Below are positions 54,464 through 64,000 of a DNA stretch of 64,000 nt, piece after piece. Position 1 is the first letter of the stretch. Every line of letters begins with the position of its first letter. The notes beneath the pieces were generated by a model. The model was not told the origin of the DNA and made no database searches. It saw only the letters and a list, made by a program, of their open reading frames with translations. Source of the DNA: Antedon mediterranea (Eukaryota > Animalia > Echinodermata); assembly GCF_964355755.1 (NCBI RefSeq), contig NC_092672.1:9548001-9612000 (forward strand). Reading direction: 5' to 3'. A program made the position numbers and the translations under genes.

Positions 54464-54663
54464 ATGGATGACTTTGAAAACAGTTTCTACCATATACATG
54501 GAATGCTTGGACATACTTCGTTTATTGCTGATAACTGCACAGACGATGGCGCAATTCAATGGTTATGGCAGACATTTCATGAATGTATTACTAATAATGT
54601 TCAACTGACAGGCTTCATCCTTGGTTTGCTTTCAATATGCTGTTGGATTGTTGTATTTTTACC
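54464..54663 (+). CDS. SLC66A1: PQLC2 coding exon 1
   Basis: Acceptor at 54435; NCTDDGAIQWLWQTFHEC...GFILGLLSICCWIVVFLP; CC|gtacgt donor. Confidence 0.9.
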
Positions 54664-57600
54664 GTACGTTTCTTTAAACTCTGTCTACACTATCCAAAAA
54701 AATTGATGTGTCCAATAATATGGAAATGATGATGTCATACCACTACCATATTTGAGCATATCACTACCATTATTTGGGCGCATCACATTTTTTTGTCACA
54801 TCAAGTATGATAATGTAGACAGAGCTATATTGTCCCTCATTTTTAAAAATGTGTTTCTAATGTCACATAATAGTTGTCCACTTTGAAAAAAAAATTGGAC
54901 CTGAAAAAAATTGAAGATTGCAATTGGGGGTCAATTGGTTTTCAGTTAAATTTAACCGTTTATTTTGTCTTTTTAAAAGTGAAAACATTATTATTTTTTT
55001 CTACGGAAGTGATTAATTAAAACTGCAAAATGGCCTACAGGGTATGTCAAAGTATTTTTTTATTAATCTTAATTGTTCATGTTTTTGGGGAACAATACAT
55101 CTTTAAAAGACTAATGCTTGGTTCCCACTAGAGACACAATAACAGTTTACTTGTCATTGGTCAACTTGCTTGTATTGCATCATGTCCTTACGTTGCGTCT
55201 CTAGAGAGAACCAAGCTTTAGTGGTTTGGAAAAAAATGTAGTAGAATTGATCAGTCTGGTGTGGTGGTAACAAGTAAAATTAAACTTACAGACATTCTCT
55301 CTCACAAGCCCACACCTCCCCCCCCCCAATACCCCCCAAGGAAAATCCCACCAATGCAGCATCTTTCCTTACATGCATCTGTTTTTGTTTTACAGCCAAT
55401 TTTATGAATCGTATAAGAATGGAAAGATGGATGAAGGTGTATCAGTAGCATTTTTAATTCTGTGGTTGCTAGGTGATTCCACAAATCTGCTGGGTTGTTT
55501 ACTTTCTGATCAACTCGCAACACAGGTATTGTATTGTACAGTATGAATAAAGATAAAACATAATGATTAAAAACTTATATATTTGTTTGAGATGACGTCA
55601 CACATGCTCTTGACCTAACATCTCTGGAGTTTGATGTTGGTACCTTTCAAATCGACCATCTCGGTGTGTCCCCGCAGTTTACCCTCCAGAGAACATTCAG
55701 CTGTTCGATCCTGGTGTTTTGAACTCCGAGTTGTTGATTTTACTTGTCGCATCTACTACAACCGCAAGGTTGACACCCTTGTGTGTCAAAACTCTGGAGT
55801 GTAATAATTTGTATATATTCGTTTAACCTGTAACCTATATGTTCCTTATTCTTTAGGTCGGGACAGCATATTACTACATTTTCATGGACTTCCTCATCAT
55901 ATCCCAATACTTGTATTATTTCATTAAGAACAGAAAACGAAGGGCTCGTAAGTAGTTGAAAACATTAGTTTAAGCAAATGGGTGTGAAAACTTACTAAAT
56001 ACCTTGGTACTCACAGTATGAAAGTACCTCTTAAAGTACCAATACCATGATTTGTAGCCTGAAATCATATACCACCAAGCTTGAACCTAAGTACTATACT
56101 TCATCTTTGAGCCCACATAAGTTACTGAAAAAATGTTAATAGTTATAGACTCGAGAGTGTGCCAAACCATACTACAGTTACTCAGTGGAAGTTTTTTTTT
56201 TAGGATTACTCGGTAATTATTCGCCAGTCGACTCAAATCCAGGACAGGTTGTTTTATGTGTCGGTATGATCATGTGGTTTTCATCAGTATTTACGATTTC
56301 ATCATCACAACTGCAACAAGAGCCCTCTATAGCACGGCTACCAGGAAGAACATTGCTCAGTGTGTCTGATTGCAAGGTTTATCTGTATCATGATAACTGC
56401 TTATTTTCTGTAAGATTTTCTCTTTAAGCTTGGTTCCCACTAGAACGCAATGCACTGACCAATGGCAAGCGAGAGTCTGTATAATCCATTACTTGTGATT
56501 GGTCAAATGATGTTGCACTTAGTGGAAACGAAGCTTTAATATACTGTAAACATCAAACCTGTATTCAGTAGGGACCTGATGTGTCTGGGTTACATTATTT
56601 TAGTGTTGTGTTACATGGAATCAAAACATGATGTTTCTGTATTCAACATTGTATTTAGTTTTATGAATTAGGTTTATAGATTTAAATATAAATTAGAGTT
56701 TATTTCCTCTAAAGTCAAATATTTTGTTTCTTTAAACCAATTTTATAAATGTATGTATTTTGATATACAGTACTCTACTGCCTGACCTAAATAAGTTTGT
56801 AATTCGTAAATTACGTTATAACCCCATCCTGTCAGATACTCCTATTAAGGGACACTTTATTGTGTCCCAAATGTGTCCCCTTAATAGGGGTGCTACTGTA
56901 TATTGATTTTACTACTTTTATCTTCCGCAGTCCAACAAGGATATAGTAGGGTATACATGTGGGGTTTTATCTAGTGTATTCTATTTGGTTTCCAGAACAC
57001 CCCAGATCTATATGAATGTAAGTATGCCAAGTTATAACATCCAATACAGTATGATAAATAAGGATAACAAATATAATTAAAAGAAATTATCTGTTGGAAA
57101 ATTTGTGTTTGACAGGATCAAATATATCGGATTTGATTTTATTTAAACAATCTATAATAAAAAAAATGGTAACATAGTATTAGTCATTGATTCATTCAAG
57201 AAAATTGTTCGATTTGTTTTTAAATCAAGAGATGTTTATATATTTTATGAACACAATGAACTGAAGTCTTTGTTGCTTGGAAAAACCAACTTGGGAGAAG
57301 GAAGAACCTTGGAAAATATTTAAAAAAAATATTTTATAATTCTTCGGTTGCAAGTCAGATAAAACTAGTATAATAATAAAAAAGTATATTTTATAAAGAA
57401 TTATAGCATAAACCACTTACACAAACTTAGTTCAATATATTTATATTTTTAATAATTTTGTCTTATATATTATTAGTTGTTGGAGTAAGATAAAAGTAAG
57501 AGTTTTCTGTATTGCTTGCCCCATCATAATTATACTAAAATTTTCCAAATAAAAATATTATTATTTTAAATTTCTTCACAGTATAAAAGAAAGTCGGTTG

Positions 57601-58745
57601 AGGGAATATCGAGAGTAATGTTCATAATAGCAATCGTGGGAAATCTATTGTATGGAAGTTCTGTGCTTTTTGAAGTACAGGGTAACACTGCTGTGTTTAT
57701 GATCCGACATCTACCATGGCTTGTGGGTAGTCTTGGAACACTTGCTTTTGACTTCACTGTATCCTTTTTTCACGTTTTTAAGCCCACATGACTTGAAAGT
57801 TATGAAAGAAATTTGATTATAATGTTTTGATATAGAATATATATGCTGTTAAATTATTCGTAAGCTCTATCTACACTATCAAATTTTATGTGACAAAAAA
57901 ATGTGATGTGCCCATAGACTTGATGATGTATTGTCATACCTATATTTATACCATATTTAGGCACATTGCACTTTTTTTGTCAAACTAGTTTGATAGTTGT
58001 TTTTTTTTATAACTTTTATAATTTTTTTTCTGTGATTTATTTCTTTTCTATGTGTTCCTGTATGATAATACTGTAACCTACAGTGAAAGTCAATAAAATA
58101 AATGTACATAGGCAGATCCAAGGGATCAGGAAGCCTGCCTAAAAACTCCAATAAATTTTGAAAATGAAACTGGATATGAACCTTAGATTTAAGTTGCTTC
58201 CACATCTCCACCAGATTCGGTCCTGCGGCCTTAGAAAAAAATCGACCAAGGTCTATCATGCTCACTGGTCAAAGAAAAAGATTGTATGATTTCAGAAAAC
58301 CAATGGCCTTGATTTGAATTCTGAGCCTGAATCAGATTAGTATTGAATTTCATTTTATATTTTTGTGTTTAAGTGGTCACATTTGCAAACACTTGTTGAT
58401 CTTCTCCAACTGCACTCATATAAACAGCGAGTTTAAGAAGCTAAATCTGCTGCTTATCTGCTCAAAACAGCCTAGTCTGATATGGTTTATCAATCAATCA
58501 GACTTACATAGTGCCAGTATTCATAATAGTAAAGATCAAAGGTTAAACGTTAAACAGGAAATGCTTTGCAGAGGTTATTTACAATTACACTAGAGATGTT
58601 TCCTTAACCAATTCATCAGGTAGTTGTTCAGTTCCGTCTATACAAACCAGCTGAACCTAAAAGTGAACCTCTCATGTCTGAAGACACTGACCCATCACCA
58701 ATCAACTGCCAATTTACTGACAGTGTCAACTCTGATATTATTTAA
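54464..58745 (+). CDS. SLC66A1: Lysosomal amino acid transporter 1 (PQ-loop, PQLC2/LAAT-1), 327 aa; join(54464-54663, 55396-55525, 55857-55947, 56204-56376, 56931-57017, 57582-57758, 58620-58745)
   Basis: Two PQ motifs (VFLPQFY, SRTPQIYMNYKRKSVEGIS), FLILWLLGDSTNLLGC, HLPWLVGSLGTLAFDF, C-terminal EPLM. Phases are compatible and the total is 984 nt. Confidence 0.92.
55116..55218. mobile_element. Small MITE (GCTTGGTTCCCACTAG family); another copy at ~56427-56535
   Basis: GCTTGGTTC...GAACCAAGC ends. Confidence 0.6.
55396..55525 (+). CDS. SLC66A1: PQLC2 coding exon 2
   Basis: QFYESYKNGKMDEGVSVAFLILWLLGDSTNLLGCLLSDQLATQ. Confidence 0.93.
55857..55947 (+). CDS. SLC66A1: PQLC2 coding exon 3
   Basis: VGTAYYYIFMDFLIISQYLYYFIKNRKRRA; gtaagt donor. 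Confidence 0.93.
56204..56376 (+). CDS. SLC66A1: PQLC2 coding exon 4
   Basis: ...VVLCVGMIMWFSSVF...PGRTLLSV; phases fit the neighbouring exons. Confidence 0.85.
56931..57017 (+). CDS. SLC66A1: PQLC2 coding exon 5
   Basis: SNKDIVGYTCGVLSSVFYLVSRTPQIYMN. Confidence 0.93.
57582..57758 (+). CDS. SLC66A1: PQLC2 coding exon 6
   Basis: YKRKSVEGISRVMFIIAIVGNLLYGSSVL...HLPWLVGSLGTLAFDFT. Confidence 0.93.
57759..58619 (+). other. U12-type (minor spliceosome) GT-AG intron
   Basis: 5' site GTATCCTTT at 57759; branch site TTCCTTAAC at 58600-58608, about 10 nt before the AG; no polypyrimidine tract. Confidence 0.93.
58620..58745 (+). CDS. SLC66A1: PQLC2 last exon
   Basis: VVVQFRLYKPAEPKSEPLM...DII*. 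Confidence 0.9.
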   Translation, partial: VVVQFRLYKPAEPKSEPLMSEDTDPSPINCQFTDSVNSDII

Positions 58746-58899
58746 TAAAAAGCTCTGAAATAAACAATTGTTTACTAATTTACTACTAATAGTAATTTTA
58801 TAATATATATATATATATATATAATAATAATTATAAAGTTTTATCCGTTCAATTTAAACAAACTCATTATTTTAATTTTATTGTATGTCTTTAGGCAAT

Positions 58900-59212
58900 G
58901 TGGCCAAGGATTACCAATAGTGAATTAATCACTGTCCTATCAGATAGGTGGTAATCCCCCTGGTACAGGGGCTATTTTGTGAACCAGTTAACCGGGGTAA
59001 CCCCCTACTCTTTTTCGAATAATGAACTGGGTTCTTTAAAGTGCACACAGGTTATAACTGTGTGCACTGGACCTACGGTTTATAGTCTTTATCCGAGAAG
59101 ACTTGTTCCACCACCAGAACTAGGAGCGAGTCGGCCTCGTACCCTTGCCGATGTTGTTGGCTCTTTAGGTACGGTAAACGGCGCCCCTGCCTTAACCGTT
59201 CGGCCATTAGAC
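58900..59212 (-). mobile_element. tRNA-derived SINE (related subfamily) just 3' of the PQLC2 stop; further minus-strand copies at ~3135-3328 and ~28585-28772
   Basis: Reverse complement of the core TATAAACCGTAGGTCCAGTG...GTGCACTTTAAAGAACC; A box TGGCCGAACGG. Confidence 0.75.
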
Positions 59213-59730
59213 TTAATAATAAAATGCCAAATTTTATATTTATGATAAATATCCTTTATTTCAGAAGGATTTTAAAGAAGTTAACAGATTTCTTCTACTA
59301 AAAACACTGCCTTAAAAAATAATTATATTAACAAATCCCAAACTGTAGTTGCAATATACATGCAACTCTCAATTAATTTTTTTAGGAAAGAAATCACAGT
59401 GGTCTGAATATTTTTATTGTAACATTATTACGGAATATCAACAGGGTACAGTTGTAGACCATTGGTATGCCAATAGGCATTATTATTTTAATAAACCATG
59501 CCATTGTTGTAAAGTACGCACAAAGGTGAGAGTTTATAGTTTAATTTAATTAAAACCAAAAAAAAAAAACTTAATACATTTTATTTATTATTATATATTT
59601 TTGTTAAATTTATATTTTTATTTATTTTATGTTGAATTGTGTGTTGTGGAATGATTGATAGTTACAATCATCATCAAAATATGAAACATTCTTATTGGTA
59701 CAAAAGTAGATCTTTACCATTAGATTGGTT

Positions 59731-61274
59731 GGATTTAGATCATATTTTAAACACAGGCCCTGTGATTGGTCACCTCACTTGTATTGTGCCTAAATCGTTA
59801 CGTTGCGCCCAATGGGAAAAAACACTCAATAACTTAAAATTAAATACGGTAATACGTAGGTTGATACTTTACATGTGAAAGTAACTTATAAATATAAATG
59901 GTAATACACCTTAGTACGTATATAAAGCCCGGCGCACACTAGAGCTTCCGGCTGAGCCAACTGGCACGAGTAACACTTGGCTCACTAAAAAATTTGCCGC
60001 AAATTGTGATCGCGTTCTATCAGACGCACACTAAACGCTTTTCTGATTGGATAGTTACTTAATATACGGCACGCGCTGACATAATAAATCAGAACATGTC
60101 ATGCACAGTGGAATCGGCGCACACTTGAGGAAAATGGCACGCGTGCCAACAAATATTAAACATGATAGATATTTTCCTCACGAATTCCCCGGCGCACACT
60201 GTGAGTCAAGTGTTACTCGTGCCAGTTGGCTCAGCCGAAAGCTCTAGTGTGCGCCGGGCTTAAGACAATTCAGGGTATTTTCAACTATTGTAAAGGGACA
60301 GTTAGTTTTTAAGATTCAGATTCAAACTTTAAGTTGATTGAATCAAAGTGTTATCCTCCTTGACGTTGTTTATGCTACAAACATAAAATAAATCTTGATC
60401 AAAGTATACTGCCAATTTACATATTTAAAAAAATAAATAAATGTTGTTATTTTTTTTGGACAAGATCCAATGATAAAGTTAAAAAAAAAAGGCAATTATT
60501 CGATAAGTTGTATTTAGAAATCTATAGATAAGTAAATAGAACACATCTGTACTAATTATATATTGACTCAACGAATGTGTTTAGTATTGCATTTAATGTA
60601 AGGAACAATTATAATATAATATTAATAAATCATTTTATTGTCTTGTCTATATTTAGTGAGTATGATTATTAAATCAGTTACGCTGTAATGTAGATTTTGT
60701 CGGGAACAATGTTCGAGGTACGACAGTATATTACAGTATGTTCAGTGCATTCAATACACCACGCTACAAATAATGTCGCATATCTGTTTCGCAGTATAGT
60801 TGCGGGTAAAATGCGATATTTTGAAATAAGTCTCGTCATAAACAGTGTACAGATAGTGTTAACATTATCGAAGGATTTAGATCATATTTTAAACACAGGC
60901 CCTGTGATTGGTCACCTCACTTGTATTGCGCCTAAATCGTTACGTTGCGCCCAATAGGAAAAAACACTCAATAACTTAAAATTAAATACGGTAATACGTA
61001 GGTTGATACTTTACATGTGAAAGTAACTTATAAATATAATGGTAATACACCTTAGTACGTATATAAAGCCCGGCGCACACTAGAGCTTCCGGCTGAGCCA
61101 ACTGGCACGAGTAACACTTGTCTCACTAAAAAATTTGCTGCAAATTGTGATCGCGTTCTATCAGACGCACACTAAACGCCTTCAGTACGCGATTTTCTGA
61201 TTGGATAGTTACTTAATATACGGCACGCGCTGACATATTATAATAAATCAGAACATGTCATGCACAGTGGAATT
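59731..61274. repeat. ~390-bp direct duplication (59731-60114 and 60873-61274)
   Basis: Near-identical copies containing unique flank plus the left half of a MITE. Confidence 0.9.
59926..60260. mobile_element. Harbinger-like MITE
   Basis: ~54-bp TIR AGCCCGGCGCACACTAGAGCTT..., TAA TSD. Confidence 0.88.
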
Positions 61275-62452
61275 TGTTAAGCCTGGTTTCCAGTCGACGT
61301 AAGAAATTAGAATTTCTTACGATTGCGTCGTTTTTACATTGGAAATTGAAAATCGACAGGAAACCGGTTGAAAAAAGCTATATGTCAAAACGACGTAACG
61401 CAAGTAGAAATCGTCGTAGTACAAGTGTTTGACAGGAAACCGGTGACTGAAGCTTCCGTCTGTTACGTCGATATTCGACGGTTCGACAGGAAACCGGTGA
61501 ATTTCTGGATGAACATGCCTTACGATTCGATTTTATACCCTTCCGCTTACGCTTACGAAAGTTGACTTGAAGTCAACTTTCGTAAGCGTAAGCGCAATGA
61601 TCGTAAGAACCAGCCAATCAGTGACGAGGATTATGTGACGTTGGCAAGAAGGTCAAAGCTTGGAAAGGTGATAGAAAGTAGAAAATACCGTATATATTAA
61701 GAATTGTTGACAATAAATTTGTTTTCAATTCGTGATAGAATGTAATAATTTAGGTGGATGAAATACGAAATAGATGTAAGAACTATACAAAATTGTCTTG
61801 CTTGTTACTTATTATAATTATATAAACATAGTAAAAATACGATATAATGGGTAAAAATAATACACACAGACGGACTAAATTAAAAACGTTTAAATGGCAA
61901 TAACATTTCATAAAATGTTAGAGAACAGTGTCATCATCAGGATCATCAGGATAACAATACGTTCACCTGGCATAGTTGGCGTTCAAAAGCAGGTGGGGAA
62001 AAGTTTCGTAATGATTTTGTTTTAATTGCATGATGAAGGTAGGTTGGGTAATAAATTAATAATATATATTTATTAAATTCACCGTAGTGTTTGCTTGAAT
62101 CTAAACACAATTTATAGGCATATGATAATTCATTTGATAATGAAAATAAATAATTATTAGCCTACATCATTTGAATTAGGCCTATCTATTTATAAAAAAG
62201 GAAATAAAAACCGGGTAAAAAAATCCAATAGATGAACTGTATATGTAAATAACATCGCCGGGTAAAAAAGTCCATTAGATGAACTTTATATGTAAATAAC
62301 ATCGTGGGCAAATCATAATTCAACGTTCAAAAAAAGATCATCATCATCACATCAGGAATAAAAAAAATAATTCCAAAAAAGCAGGCAAAAAGCAGGGTGG
62401 TACGCGTACGCGCGCGTTTCTGCGTCCTTTTTTGAGGACTTCATTTCACAAG

Positions 62453-63052
62453 ATGCCTTCATCTACAGAAGTCCGTGTGTTTGACGCTATTCAAGCTTAT
62501 CTTTGTCTATATGACAAAAATACCAAAGAATACAAAAGTGGAAAACGGGAAAAAAAAAATGCCTGGGAAGCTGTTTCTAAAGAGGTTAACGTCGCAGTAG
62601 AAGAGTGCCAACGAATTTATAACACTCGAAGAACAGCATTTTCCAGGTAGAGTGTAAGGCCTAGCTAGCTAGGCCTACCTAGCCTAGTAGGCCTACTACT
62701 AGTACTAAGCTAGGCCCTTATTATTATTATTATTATTATAATCATAATTATAGTTATTATAATAATAATCGTTATTATTATTATTGTAATAATAATTATA
62801 ATTATTATTACTTTTGTAGACATCTAAAGAAGGTTAGGGCTAGTATCCGTAGTGGTGCAGGCAGGGATGACATCCTCCCAATTGGCCATGAGTGGGAACA
62901 CATGAGATGGTTGATTAAACATATAAATCATAGGAAGACACTAGAGTCTGAAGAAATGTCAATTTCATTAACCGAGTCAGAAGCTTCATCTGAATGCATA
63001 CGGCTTCTTTCCGAAACTCAACAAGTGTTGGAGCTGGACTTTGACGACTCAG
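62453..63052 (+). CDS. Harbinger MADF/Myb-SANT DNA-binding protein, exons 62453-62646 and 62820-63052 (may continue)
   Basis: AIQAYLCLYDKNTKEYK...KKNAWEAVSKEV...ECQRIYNTRRTAFSR|HLKK...SGAG...WEHMRWL; GT-AG intron in phase 2. Confidence 0.85.
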
Positions 63053-63546
63053 GTAAATAATTGTATTTATCAACCAGCACACACTAAATTTTTTATCACA
63101 CTATTTGAAAGGAGGATAAACTAATAAAAGTAATTTTACATCTCAATATCTCATTAACAACATTTAATAACATCTTCAAGTAGCAATCAAATATAAATAT
63201 TTATTAACGTTCTGCAACATCAGCAATATATTTAAATAATTTTTGCTCATGTAAAATCTATTTAGCAAAGATAGGAAAGAAATAACTATTTTATTTGGAA
63301 TGTTTGGAAATGTAAACCATAGTACTAGGACAAAAAAACAAAAAATAATTATGAATGCAAGTTATAGCAAGCATAAACTACAACATTGTTATTTTTTTCT
63401 TCAATAAACAAGATTCGTCAATATTCAAAATTACACAGACGACCATATTTGAATATAGATTAAAAAAAAGGTCATATAGATTATTTACAAAACAGGAAGA
63501 TTATTTTTAACAAATACTTATTTTAAACAATTTACTAACAACACTT

Positions 63547-64000
63547 TTAAGATGCCAAAGGACCGCAATTGTGTACCACATCATACTGCCAAGGAACAGC
63601 ACCTTCCTGGCTGTTAAAGTAGTCTCGAAACCTATCTCTTGTTTCTTTGGCAGTAGCCGTATAATTGTTTGACCCCACCCTTCTTATATTTTGAAGGCCA
63701 GTTTCATCATCTTGCACAACACTGCGCCATTCCCCTTCTTTAAATTCTCCATTGCTCCAGCTGTCAACAAACCCGCTGGGTATGTAGTGTGCATTATCAG
63801 TTTGCATTAGGTAATTGTGTAGGCAGATTACAGCTTTTGTAATCTGGTCAACAGTTTCAATATTTGCTCTTATAGGACGCCTAAATATGCGCCACCTTGC
63901 AGCCATTACACCAAAGGTGTTTTCGATGGTTCGGCGTCCTCTCGATGTCCTATAATTTGCCACTTCCTCTTCATCAGTCAAATTGTTGCCACCATATGGT
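63547..64000 (-). CDS. Harbinger (HARBI1-like, DDE_Tnp_4) transposase, C-terminal part
   Basis: PYGG..LT.EE..NYR.SR.RR.IENTFGVMAARWRIF...ICLHNYL...RDRFRDYF...GAVPWQ. Confidence 0.93.
   Translation of the reverse strand, partial: PYGGNNLTDEEEVANYRTSRGRRTIENTFGVMAARWRIFRRPIRANIETVDQITKAVICLHNYLMQTDNAHYIPSGFVDSWSNGEFKEGEWRSVVQDDETGLQNIRRVGSNNYTATAKETRDRFRDYFNSQEGAVPWQYDVVHNCGPLAS

Larger units (their letters stand above)
61281..64000. mobile_element. PIF/Harbinger transposon, left part (runs off the window)
   Basis: TAA followed by terminus GCCTGGTTTCCAGTCG; subterminal GACAGGAAACCGGT repeats; contains convergent MADF and DDE nuclease genes. Confidence 0.88.

Noticed and set aside
55618-55802. 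Lysine riboswitch, RNase MRP/P, telomerase RNA or hammerhead identity for the foldable intron segment
   Set aside because: Diagnostic motifs (AGAGGNGC, GAAAGUCC plus CR-V, CUAACCCU template, CUGAUGA/GAAA) are not present; kept only as an unassigned structure.
58108-58142. Hairpin TAGGCAG...CTGCCTA inside the U12 intron as a snoRNA
   Set aside because: No clear H/ACA or C/D box arrangement could be established.

Overview
AT-rich, intron-rich animal genomic DNA. It is not prokaryotic; an invertebrate deuterostome such as an echinoderm is my inference only. I can assemble three host genes by hand. (1) A 12-exon class I facilitative glucose transporter (SLC2A1/3/4-like, 510 aa) on the minus strand, CDS 52169 to 11544. 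(2) A 7-coding-exon PQ-loop lysosomal cationic amino acid transporter (PQLC2/SLC66A1-like, 327 aa) on the plus strand, head-to-head with the first, whose last intron is a U12 minor-spliceosome intron. (3) An unrecognised intronless 416-aa ORF nested antisense in GLUT intron 9. It has a single N-terminal membrane anchor and a long disordered tail carrying YxxP, YVPM and YxN motifs, i.e. the architecture of a transmembrane signalling adaptor. The window ends inside a Harbinger transposon (MADF gene plus DDE nuclease). The rest is dense in non-autonomous DNA transposons with readable TIRs/TSDs (P, Harbinger, Kolobok, Tc1/pogo, hAT, MULE-like), tRNA-derived SINEs, LINE 3' ends and a 20-bp minisatellite. 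Structural highlights are a same-site double transposon insertion with three TSD copies, a MULE-like foldback element inside the bidirectional promoter, a strongly foldable ~185-nt intronic segment in PQLC2, and recurrent micro-insertions at TA dinucleotides (TAGGCCTA, TACTGTA) that look like excision footprints. All coordinates were read manually and no searches were run.
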